From a virus (lineage: Duplodnaviria; Caudoviricetes): 50,988 nucleotides of DNA. A program made the position numbers and the translations under genes. Positions 9,231-17,793 of the stretch are shown one piece after another. The stretch's first letter is position 1; each line of letters begins with the position of its first letter. The notes under the pieces were generated by a model. That model saw only the letters and a list, made by a program, of their open reading frames with translations, was not told where the DNA came from and made no database searches. Where the stretch lies: positions 1-50,988 of the IMG/VR virus record IMGVR_UViG_3300028864_000007; one strand, 5' to 3'.

Positions 9231-9854
9231 ATGTCAGTATGTGGATGCCCCGTTGCTGCTGCTTTACCAGATGTCGTGGTAGATGCATGTCCTGTTAAGT
9301 TTGGACAAACCCAAAAACTCATTTTCCAACGTATCAGAAAAGCTGATGGCACGAAGAACTTTCTCGCCTCTGTTATCCTGAAAGCAAGTTGGACTCCTTT
9401 ATTGGTCGCCGCAGATGGCACCAAAGTTGTTGTATCTCCTTTCGTACAAGGGCCAGCCGTTGAACCAGGCGGCGCCAAAATGTTTGGTGGTGGCAATGCT
9501 ACTCTTGGTGGCATGGAAATGGTCATCGGCAAAGACCCAACTAAATTCACTGCAAACTTGTTCGGAATGGCCCAAACAACCATCAACCAGCTAAAAGCTC
9601 TTGCTTGTGAAGAAATTGGTGTATACCTTGTCAACGACAGAGGCCAGATCGGCAGCAAAACTGTTGACGCAACTCATCATTACCCAATTCCAGTGAGCAC
9701 CTTCTTCGTTGGTGACTTGAAGATTGGTGGCCTTGAAGAACCGGATGCAAATGTCATTTCGTTCTCTTTCGCACCCAACTGGAGTGATGATTTCGCTTTC
9801 CAAACTCCAACTGATTTTGACGCACTGATTGATCTGTTCAAACCGGTAGCATAA
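9231..9854 (+). CDS. Virion structural protein, possibly major tail (tube) protein
   Basis: 207-aa beta-rich, Gly/Pro-rich protein with capsid-gene-like codon bias; no other obvious tube candidate in the tail block. Confidence 0.4.
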   Translation: MSVCGCPVAAALPDVVVDACPVKFGQTQKLIFQRIRKADGTKNFLASVILKASWTPLLVAADGTKVVVSPFVQGPAVEPGGAKMFGGGNATLGGMEMVIGKDPTKFTANLFGMAQTTINQLKALACEEIGVYLVNDRGQIGSKTVDATHHYPIPVSTFFVGDLKIGGLEEPDANVISFSFAPNWSDDFAFQTPTDFDALIDLFKPVA

Positions 9855-9857
9855 GCC

Positions 9858-10064
9858 ATGGAAAAGAAGGCTATCTCGGTTGTGGACCTCGAAGCTCCCA
9901 GCTTAGGCAATGAAAGAAGGACGTTTAGCATTGAACATGCTGAGCGCCTTCTTGACATTCCAAACTCTGGTTGGCAATTACCTGCTGACAGCAAACATCA
10001 ATACTCAAAAGAAAATGGCATTACTGGAAAATCAAATAAAGGAACTACTGAAGGTTCGCTCTAA
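9858..10064 (+). CDS. Small hypothetical protein
   Basis: 68 aa; starts 3 nt after the previous stop. Confidence 0.6.
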   Translation: MEKKAISVVDLEAPSLGNERRTFSIEHAERLLDIPNSGWQLPADSKHQYSKENGITGKSNKGTTEGSL

Positions 10065-11772
10065 ACAAGCAACCATCAGTTGTGCTATCAACCTTGAGAA
10101 GCGCGTTCGTTTTCATACGGAAGCGAATCTCAATTCGTCTGATATCACGAGTCCTTCAAATGATTTTCTAACTTGGGTCAATACATTGATTCCAAAAGAC
10201 AAATTTGCCGTTTTTCAGAGTCTGTTCAAATTTCCATTAGCTACTACAGGGGTAGTAGAAGATGTATACCGCGAACTAGAACGTGTATTCAGCAGCCGTA
10301 ATTACTCCGCGAATTACCAATTTACCGACAAGACTTTGTCAGATGATTGGGACTACTACAGGCAACACTTCTTGAAAGAACCTACAATCTGGAAAGAGAT
10401 TGGCTGGCAGAAGATGAAAACATCTCCTAACAGTGTTCTTATAGTTGATATGCCAACTGTCCAAACAACTGATAAGCCTGAGCCTTACTTTTACTGGCTT
10501 GATATTTGTCATGTTCTCGATTACAGTACCAAAGATGGTCACTCAATCGATTACATCATTTTTACGCAAGAAGGTGAGAAAATAGCAGTGATTGACGAAT
10601 TGTCCTACCGCGTGTACGCGTTTAAAGATAATGAAGTCGGCGCACTACTCACCATCAATGCACACGAACTTGGTTATTGCCCAGCACGTTTCTTTTGGAG
10701 TCAGCAATTGACTGACGAGCAGAAGGAACTGAAGAAAAACCCGATAACAAAAGAATTGTCCAATCTTGATTGGTACTTATTCTTTTCAACAGGCAAGCAG
10801 TACTTAGACTTATATGCTCCATATCCTATTTATAGTGCATACGAAGTTGCTTGTGATTTTGAAAACAATGAGACTGGCGAGTACTGTGATGGTGGTTTTC
10901 TAAAGAATGCAGACAGCCATTATCAAGTATATCAAGATGGATCTTTGCACAAGTGTCCGGTTTGTTCAGACAAAAAGATTGCTGGTCCAGGTTCATTTAT
11001 ACAGATTCCAATTCCATCAGTTGAAGATAGCATTTCAGACTTAAAGAATCCAGTTCAAATCACTACGATTGATATCGATTCACTCGATTACAATGTTAAA
11101 GAGTGCGAACGGATTAAGCTGAACATCATTACGTCTATCATTGGTACGAATGGAAATGTTTCAGAAAAGGAAGCCATTAACACAACACAGGTTTCAGCCA
11201 ATTTTGAAAGTAAGACTTCTGTACTCAACAACTTAAAGACCAACTTTGAGAGGGCGCAGAAATTCGTTGAAGATACTGTTTGCAAGTTGCGTTATGGCAA
11301 AGGATTTATTTCTTCAGCCATTAATTGGGGAACTGAGTTTTATGTTTATTCTGTTGAAGACTTGTACAAGAAGTACGAGATTGCAAAGAAGAATGGAACT
11401 AACCAGTCAGAACTTGATGCTATTTCGAAGCAAATACTTGAAGTAGAATACAAGAATAACCCAGTACAGTTACAAAGACTATTGCTAATGAAGCAGTTAG
11501 AACCGTACAGGCATTACACTTTAGATGAAGTGCTTTCGATGGCTGATAAAGGCTTCTTATCAAAAGAAGAGATACTGTTGAAGATTAATTTCAATTCATA
11601 TATTGACAGGTTCGAACGTGAAAACACGAATCTTATCGAGTTCGGTTCATTCCTGCAATTAGACAAGAAGTTATTTATTGTTAAACAAACACTATTATTG
11701 TATGTCAGAGAAGAAAAGACTGACTCAGCCCCAGTTGACAAAACTGCAGGAGGAGCACAAAACGTTGCTTGA
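10015..11772 (+). CDS. Portal protein with Cys-rich insertion
   Basis: ~585-aa helical protein between TerL and scaffold/capsid genes; start at MALLENQ; C...C...CPVC insert. Confidence 0.75.
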   Translation: MALLENQIKELLKVRSKQATISCAINLEKRVRFHTEANLNSSDITSPSNDFLTWVNTLIPKDKFAVFQSLFKFPLATTGVVEDVYRELERVFSSRNYSANYQFTDKTLSDDWDYYRQHFLKEPTIWKEIGWQKMKTSPNSVLIVDMPTVQTTDKPEPYFYWLDICHVLDYSTKDGHSIDYIIFTQEGEKIAVIDELSYRVYAFKDNEVGALLTINAHELGYCPARFFWSQQLTDEQKELKKNPITKELSNLDWYLFFSTGKQYLDLYAPYPIYSAYEVACDFENNETGEYCDGGFLKNADSHYQVYQDGSLHKCPVCSDKKIAGPGSFIQIPIPSVEDSISDLKNPVQITTIDIDSLDYNVKECERIKLNIITSIIGTNGNVSEKEAINTTQVSANFESKTSVLNNLKTNFERAQKFVEDTVCKLRYGKGFISSAINWGTEFYVYSVEDLYKKYEIAKKNGTNQSELDAISKQILEVEYKNNPVQLQRLLLMKQLEPYRHYTLDEVLSMADKGFLSKEEILLKINFNSYIDRFERENTNLIEFGSFLQLDKKLFIVKQTLLLYVREEKTDSAPVDKTAGGAQNVA

Positions 11773-12127
11773 AAAGAAAGAAGCCGGTACGATTACCGAT
11801 TCTGAACAAGCCCGTCTTGGCGAAGTTACAGGCATTATCATTGATGATGAAGAACTCGCTGAAGAACAGAAACAGGCTGCTGAAAAAGCACTTGCTGAAA
11901 AGCAACTGAAAAAAGCAGAAAAGAAGGGTTACGAAGTACCCGAAGGTGAAGAAGACTTTGTCCACGTTTCGCAGTGGAAAGGTGACCTTTTCGACCCAAA
12001 AACTGGCAAAGAAGTTGCATCCAAGACCATACAGAAGTATGATGCCAAGGAATTTGCAAACTTTGCAAAGTATTCAACATCGTTGGGCTACTCCTACGAA
12101 GTTCTGTACACACCAGCTAAAAAGTAA
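11702..12127 (+). CDS. Hypothetical head-module protein
   Basis: Start MSEKKRL; charged coiled-coil. Confidence 0.7.
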   Translation: MSEKKRLTQPQLTKLQEEHKTLLEKKEAGTITDSEQARLGEVTGIIIDDEELAEEQKQAAEKALAEKQLKKAEKKGYEVPEGEEDFVHVSQWKGDLFDPKTGKEVASKTIQKYDAKEFANFAKYSTSLGYSYEVLYTPAKK

Positions 12128-12134
12128 AAGTAAA

Positions 12135-13079
12135 ATGGCAATTACAAAAGACCTTTTAGAAGCAAACCCGTCACTCAGTGTTTTGACTGACGAGCAGAAG
12201 AATGCAATCACTGTTTTGAGTGCAAACGACGAACAGACTGTTATCAATACCAAAATTGGAGAAGTCCATGGTAACTATGACGCAGACATTCTTGCTGTTA
12301 CTGGTGAAAAGAAGAACAACGGCGAAAAGACCTACGACTTTATGAAACGCGTACTTGGTACGTATAAAACAAAAGTTGAAGGTTCAACAACAGAATTGGA
12401 AGCACTGAAAACCACTAAAAAGGACCTTGAAGAACAAATCAAGAAAGGTGCAACTGACCCGATCATTGTAAAGAAGCTCACTGATGCTGAACAGACAATT
12501 GCACAACTACAAGAGTCAATCAAGGTTGAACAAAAGAAGGTTACTGATTCTACAGCACAGTTCGAACAAACAAGCAAATCTCTGAGAGCAGAGTTTGCAC
12601 TTGACCAAGCTGTTGGTAAACTGAAATTCAAAGCAGGCATACCTGATTCAGTAGCAAAAACTCTCGCAGATGTAGCCAAGAAAGAGATTTTGGCAAATGC
12701 AGTACCAGACTTCATTGAAAAAGCTGATGGAACCAAACAGTTAGTCTTCAGAGACGCGAATGGTGAAATCATCAAGAATAAAGAAAAACTGAGTGAACCA
12801 TTCACAGCAGAAGACTTTGTTTTTGGACATACTTCATTGAAAGAAATAATTGACCTTGGTGGAAAAGGTGCCGGTAGCGGTACAGGACCTAAAGGTGGTG
12901 GTACAGGTGGAAGCGGAACTTCATTGGACTTGTCAGGTGTCAAAACACAGTCCGATGCAGACGAAGTCATCATCTCACATCTGTTGAAAAGTGGTCTTAC
13001 TAAAGGCTCAGTTGAATTCCAAAAGAAGCAGACTGAAATTCGTACAGAGCTGAAAGTCGGCGAAATGCCGATGCGATAA
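12135..13079 (+). CDS. Putative capsid scaffolding protein
   Basis: Start MAITKDL; long coiled coil, Gly-rich linker and short C-terminal helical domain, directly before the capsid gene. Confidence 0.7.
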   Translation: MAITKDLLEANPSLSVLTDEQKNAITVLSANDEQTVINTKIGEVHGNYDADILAVTGEKKNNGEKTYDFMKRVLGTYKTKVEGSTTELEALKTTKKDLEEQIKKGATDPIIVKKLTDAEQTIAQLQESIKVEQKKVTDSTAQFEQTSKSLRAEFALDQAVGKLKFKAGIPDSVAKTLADVAKKEILANAVPDFIEKADGTKQLVFRDANGEIIKNKEKLSEPFTAEDFVFGHTSLKEIIDLGGKGAGSGTGPKGGGTGGSGTSLDLSGVKTQSDADEVIISHLLKSGLTKGSVEFQKKQTEIRTELKVGEMPMR

Positions 13080-13140
13080 TCATAAAAACGTGCAAGGGTA
13101 ACACGCAAACTAGTATTCACAAAAACAAATTTTATTTATC

Positions 13141-14181
13141 ATGAGTTTAATCAACACCAGAATCCAGAACATTATCGCAAAAGGTAATCTGGACAAGTTT
13201 GAAAGAAGGCCTAGTGCCTACGGAGCCCTTGACACGTTCATGAAACAGACTGAAGACAGCACTGGGCTTATTACCCAGGACTTGAAAGAAAAAGCTTTAG
13301 CTGCTGTTAACACGACACTTGAAGTTCCGGTAATCGACTACGATGGCGATGTAACAATCGACAACGTTTTGTCTGCAACCATTGCCGACGACGAGAACGT
13401 TTCCCAGAAGATTCAGATTACTTTTGCCACTTACTCGTGGGGTTTCACTGTAGTTCCTTCGATGTTCATGAACAACGAAATCAAAATGCAGGAAGACTTC
13501 GCCGCCAAGTTCGAAAAGTATCTGTACAAATTCGCCGGAACGTTGGAAGGTGTCGCTGTAGCCGCTTTGTCTGCTGTAAAGACGCAAGTTTTGAAAGACC
13601 CGTTGGACTACACCTTCGCTGCCAACAAACTGAACGCCACTTGGCCTCAGCGTGAAACACTGATCGGTGACATCGACCCCATGATGTTTGCAAACGATTT
13701 CTTTGGCGATGTCGATGTTATTGGCAACACAGGTATCCAAAGCATCATCAACAAACTGGCTCAGTCAGGCGTGTACAACGACAAAAATCTGCGCATGGAA
13801 TATGCAGGCAAAGAACTCCACTGGAGCAATTTGATTGCAAATGCCACTGGCAAGTTCGGTACAGGTTTTGCAGTACAAAAAGGCTCTTTGGGCATCTTGA
13901 CCAAATTCGAGCGTGAAGCATTGCTGCGTACGAAGGCAAGAACCGGTCACGAATGGGACATTGAAACTCTGCCGATGCTGAACATGCCTGTTGGTACGTA
14001 CTACTACGAAAGTGTAGGCGACTTCAGTGCAATCAACGGTGCTGCATCTTCAGACATGAAGCGTGTCATGAAAGAACATTACGGCTTTGCTGTACAGGTT
14101 GCTTTTGTAACTGCTTACAATTCTGCTCCAGCCACACTTCCTAGCCCTATCATTTCGTTTGATATTGCTAAGGCAGTGTAA
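13141..14181 (+). CDS. Major capsid protein
   Basis: 346 aa; follows scaffold, strong codon bias, followed by terminator. Confidence 0.8.
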   Translation: MSLINTRIQNIIAKGNLDKFERRPSAYGALDTFMKQTEDSTGLITQDLKEKALAAVNTTLEVPVIDYDGDVTIDNVLSATIADDENVSQKIQITFATYSWGFTVVPSMFMNNEIKMQEDFAAKFEKYLYKFAGTLEGVAVAALSAVKTQVLKDPLDYTFAANKLNATWPQRETLIGDIDPMMFANDFFGDVDVIGNTGIQSIINKLAQSGVYNDKNLRMEYAGKELHWSNLIANATGKFGTGFAVQKGSLGILTKFEREALLRTKARTGHEWDIETLPMLNMPVGTYYYESVGDFSAINGAASSDMKRVMKEHYGFAVQVAFVTAYNSAPATLPSPIISFDIAKAV

Positions 14182-14231
14182 ACTAACAAACTTCCCTGCT
14201 GTGTTCTAATCATCAGTGTTTTTTGTTGCCA

Positions 14232-14271
14232 GGCGGCATCGAGTGCTTTGGCATTCGGTGCCGTTCTTTTT
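14232..14271 (+). terminator. Rho-independent terminator after capsid gene
   Basis: GGCGGCATCGAGTGC-TTTG-GCATTCGGTGCCGTT followed by T run. Confidence 0.8.
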
Positions 14272-14301
14272 ATATAATAATTTAGCTGTCAATGTATGTA
14301 T

Positions 14302-14410
14302 AAAGCCTTTCCAAAATAGCAGAAAGTAGCCAAATTTAAGTTTTAACTATATTGACGATTAAATATATTAGTTTTTAAAATAATGCCAGAAAATAGCCTA
14401 AAATAACTTA
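14302..14410 (+). repeat. Dispersed bipartite ~110-bp element, copy 1
   Basis: AATAGCAGAAAGTAGCCAAATTTAAG at 14315; AAAATAGCCTA at 14390. Confidence 0.9.
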
Positions 14411-14421
14411 CTCATACTATT

Positions 14422-15744
14422 ATGCTACGACAAGATACAATAATGCAAAACATGCTTCATTTAGTTGGTTTCCAAAAAGATACTGAAGATGAAGTTGTGA
14501 TTGCCAACAGCTTACTTAGAAGCGATTCTGGCTTATATTTTCAGCAAGGCCATCCATTGATTACTCTGAAGAACCTTGCGAGTGTAGCTCCGCAATTCAC
14601 ATCTGAATATGGTGTGTACGATGATTTCGTTATTGATACAGAGTACAAAGCTGGTGAAAAGTGTATGTACGGTGCACCTAATAAGGTTACATACAGAGCA
14701 TTGGTCGATGTAACTCAGATTACACCAGGTACTGAACAAGCTAAAGGTAAGTGGGAAGAATATTCCAAACTATCAGAATGGCTTGAAAATAAAGTGGCAA
14801 GCAGCACACTCAAAGCGCTGCAAATGTTTTTCACAGAAAAGATGTCAGCAGGCACGGCAAGAAGTCTGTTAGATGATAAAATATTGTATGATGGCACTGG
14901 TCGCTTAACTGACCTATCCAAAAATACTAACTCGCTTGTTGGGTTTGAGATAACTCAACCACGAAGTAAGAATGCAACAGTAAAGATAAATAAAATAGGA
15001 TTGCAGTGTTTGCAACCAGGTACTATTGACATTTATATAATGCATAGTAGCCAAGACGAACCGATCAAAGTAATCCCATTTGTAAAAACAAAGTCAAACT
15101 CACTTGAGTGGGTAACAGTTGATGACTTGTATTTGCCAAGTGTAGGTGCACAATCAGATGGTGGCAGTTATTACATTTGCTACAGACAATCACAACTTAT
15201 AAATGGTAATGCTGCAATTTACAAAAGTATGGACTGGAGTGCAGGCCCATGTCCAACTTGTTCAAGGCAAATGATTTCGTCATGGCAAACAATGTCCAAG
15301 TACGTGCAAGTTCAACCATTTAAAGTTCAAGACGAATGGACCGAACAAAGCAAAAAGATGTGGGACGTTGCAAACAATCAATATATGTATTCTGACAATT
15401 TTGGCATAAACTTAGATTTGTCAATCATGTGTGATTTTACAGATTTCTTTGTTGCTCATAAATATGAGTTTGAAACATTGATTTTGAAGCAATTCACGAT
15501 TGACATGTTTAAAGAGTTCATATACAATCCAAATGCACGAGTTAATCGTAATTCTGTCATTGCAGCCAAAGGTGAGTTACAATACGAGCTTGAAGGTGAT
15601 GCTGGTGGATTTGGTGGTAAAGCTCCATCAGGGTTGATGTATGAGTACAAGAAAACGCTCAAAGCATTAAAAGTCGATATGAATGGCATTGACAGATACT
15701 GTATGCCTTGTAAAAATAATGGTATTAAATATGGTACCATCTAA
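14422..15744 (+). CDS. Putative head-tail connector / virion protein
   Basis: 440 aa, first gene after capsid; positional. Confidence 0.5.
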   Translation: MLRQDTIMQNMLHLVGFQKDTEDEVVIANSLLRSDSGLYFQQGHPLITLKNLASVAPQFTSEYGVYDDFVIDTEYKAGEKCMYGAPNKVTYRALVDVTQITPGTEQAKGKWEEYSKLSEWLENKVASSTLKALQMFFTEKMSAGTARSLLDDKILYDGTGRLTDLSKNTNSLVGFEITQPRSKNATVKINKIGLQCLQPGTIDIYIMHSSQDEPIKVIPFVKTKSNSLEWVTVDDLYLPSVGAQSDGGSYYICYRQSQLINGNAAIYKSMDWSAGPCPTCSRQMISSWQTMSKYVQVQPFKVQDEWTEQSKKMWDVANNQYMYSDNFGINLDLSIMCDFTDFFVAHKYEFETLILKQFTIDMFKEFIYNPNARVNRNSVIAAKGELQYELEGDAGGFGGKAPSGLMYEYKKTLKALKVDMNGIDRYCMPCKNNGIKYGTI

Positions 15745-16190
15745 TGGATGCATTTGATGAAAAAATAAAAGTGTTAGAAGAATTTCTTACGTTAGGTATA
15801 AAAATAACGTTAAGGAATACAGTCAATGAACATGAAGTTGAAATTGCCGAAATGAATTCGGTTAATCAGCTTAGTGAACTTGGAGTTGATAGATACGGAA
15901 CTGATATATTCAGTAGAGTGCCATACAGTCGATTCACAATTGATTGGAAAAGAGAGCATGGACAACCATTTGACCATGTAACATTGAGGAACACAGGCTA
16001 TTTTCACAGTACATTCTATGTAAATGCAAACAACGAGTCATTTGAAATTGGGGCGGCAGACTCTAAAGTCTATGACTTAGTAAGAAAATATGGAGAGGGT
16101 ATACTTGGTTTAACGGTTGAAAACTTGAGTACACTTGTTTGGGAAATTCTTTATCCGAGTTTACTAACCAATTTAAAAAGTCAGTTATAA
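15744..16190 (+). CDS. Putative neck / tail-completion protein
   Basis: 148 aa with PYS..T...K and TLRNTG motifs typical of virion morphogenesis proteins. Confidence 0.5.
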   Translation: MDAFDEKIKVLEEFLTLGIKITLRNTVNEHEVEIAEMNSVNQLSELGVDRYGTDIFSRVPYSRFTIDWKREHGQPFDHVTLRNTGYFHSTFYVNANNESFEIGAADSKVYDLVRKYGEGILGLTVENLSTLVWEILYPSLLTNLKSQL

Positions 16191-16753
16191 TGAGAGTAGT
16201 TACACAACATAAAAGTGAAGAACCTGTCTTATTAGACAAGGTTATTGATGAGATAATTGACAATCAAAAAGCAAAATTAACTTGGATAAATAATGCGTTC
16301 AGGTTAGCATATACATTAGAGCATGAAGTCCAAGGAAAGAAATTCAGGTATCCAGCAGTTTATACGGAACGCAATAATTATTGTTCTGTTCTTCCTGATG
16401 ATTCTCTTGGAAATTTCTCGTTCATTGAAAAGAAAGACCCAGAAACAGTAATTCAGCGCGCTGGATTTTATGATATATCAGTTGATGTAGACATAATTTT
16501 CTGGTTCAATTTGTCAAGTATATATGAAACTCATAAAGTAGTAATGCTTGAAAATGTAAAAGATGATGTATTAAAATTGTTCAACTCAAAGAGCCTATTC
16601 AAATCATCGAGTATAATCGTAAATAAGGTATACGTGAATGCAGAAAATATATTTGATGGATATGATTTAAAGCAAGTCGAAAATCAATTTCTTATGATGC
16701 CTTATACTGGTATTAAATTAAGCTGCACAATAAAGTACACATCACCATGCTAA
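16190..16753 (+). CDS. Putative tail terminator-like protein
   Basis: Start MRVVTQ (TAATG coupling); YPAV motif; position. Confidence 0.45.
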   Translation: MRVVTQHKSEEPVLLDKVIDEIIDNQKAKLTWINNAFRLAYTLEHEVQGKKFRYPAVYTERNNYCSVLPDDSLGNFSFIEKKDPETVIQRAGFYDISVDVDIIFWFNLSSIYETHKVVMLENVKDDVLKLFNSKSLFKSSSIIVNKVYVNAENIFDGYDLKQVENQFLMMPYTGIKLSCTIKYTSPC

Positions 16754-16998
16754 CAAAAGTAGTATTAATAGCACTGCTCGTTACATTTACAATAATTGTA
16801 GCAGAAAAGTTTGGTATAATAAGCTATCTACAGTCAAACTTAAAAAGTAATCTGTTGAATAAACTTGTTAACTGTTACTTCTGTTTATCATTTTGGGTAG
16901 CTATGGTTTATTGTGTTGTTTTATCAGTTGCATTAAATGACTGGACATTTTTATTAGTACCAATATTTTCTTCACCAATATCAAGGTTTATAGCATGA
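16747..16998 (+). CDS. Small membrane protein with CxxCxxFW motif (DUF1360-like)
   Basis: Hydrophobic segments flanking CYFCLSFW. Confidence 0.6.
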   Translation: MLTKVVLIALLVTFTIIVAEKFGIISYLQSNLKSNLLNKLVNCYFCLSFWVAMVYCVVLSVALNDWTFLLVPIFSSPISRFIA

Positions 16999-17726
16999 TA
17001 GCATTGAAACTAAATAAGCACAAGGTAGTTGTATATGATAGTATAGAAGACTTACCAATTGTCAATTACCACAAATACAATAAGTTGATGCTTGTTGATA
17101 GTGGTATAGGTAGTGAGTTAAGTGACATTGACGCTCATATAACTAAGATTGCAAGTTTCATAAAAACAAATCCAAACTTAGCTGTTGCAGAGCTAACTAA
17201 CCTGCAACAATCACTTTATTTCATCAATCAAAATATAAGCCCAAAGAATATCGCGTACATGGCCCTTATATCAGAAGTAGATGGAGATAAAGTAACAGAC
17301 TTGTCAGATGATAATTTAATGAAAATATTTGGGCTATTGAATGAAGAAAAAATGTCTTTACTTGAAAAAGTGTTCAATGGTTTAAAAAAAAAAATAAACG
17401 ACGAACTTGAACAGTACTTTCCTTTGATTGCAGATAATGTACTTATAAAAGAAGCATACGAGCTAATTAAAAGAAGAGCTAACATACAATTACATGGTAT
17501 TATTACTGGAGAAGATATACAAAAAGAAATAGATGGTATAAATACAGAGATTTTAACAAAAGAAAAACCTAAGGCATTTAGTGGCAAAGAGAGTATTCTT
17601 ATTAAGATTGATAAGAATTTTGACCAAACTTGCATGCTAATTTCGCAGAAACTAAATGCTAACGCTAAAGTGTTGACAGTCATGGAATACTACAATGCTG
17701 TAGAACTTATTAGTGATAAAAAATAA
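16995..17726 (+). CDS. Putative tail assembly chaperone (G/GT-like)
   Basis: Directly upstream of tape measure; internal A11 run encoding LKKK mid-gene. Confidence 0.6.
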   Translation: MIALKLNKHKVVVYDSIEDLPIVNYHKYNKLMLVDSGIGSELSDIDAHITKIASFIKTNPNLAVAELTNLQQSLYFINQNISPKNIAYMALISEVDGDKVTDLSDDNLMKIFGLLNEEKMSLLEKVFNGLKKKINDELEQYFPLIADNVLIKEAYELIKRRANIQLHGIITGEDIQKEIDGINTEILTKEKPKAFSGKESILIKIDKNFDQTCMLISQKLNANAKVLTVMEYYNAVELISDKK

Positions 17727-17727
17727 A

Positions 17728-17778
17728 TGTTAAAATATGTTAATTTTACAATTAAGTAATAAATAATTTGTATATTTA
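17728..17778 (+). promoter_or_regulatory. Putative promoter (-7 variant TATATTTA) with two TGTTAA boxes
   Basis: Boxes at 17728 and 17738; 33 bp to the -7 element as at 9136 and 31346. Confidence 0.5.
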
Positions 17779-17793
17779 TATCAAATAAAGGCC

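Noticed and set aside
12332-13120. 262-aa antisense ORF and other opposite-strand or alternate-frame ORFs (e.g. 3958-4458, 9155-9658, 13297-13740)
   Set aside because: Shadows of codon-biased genes with no recognisable motifs
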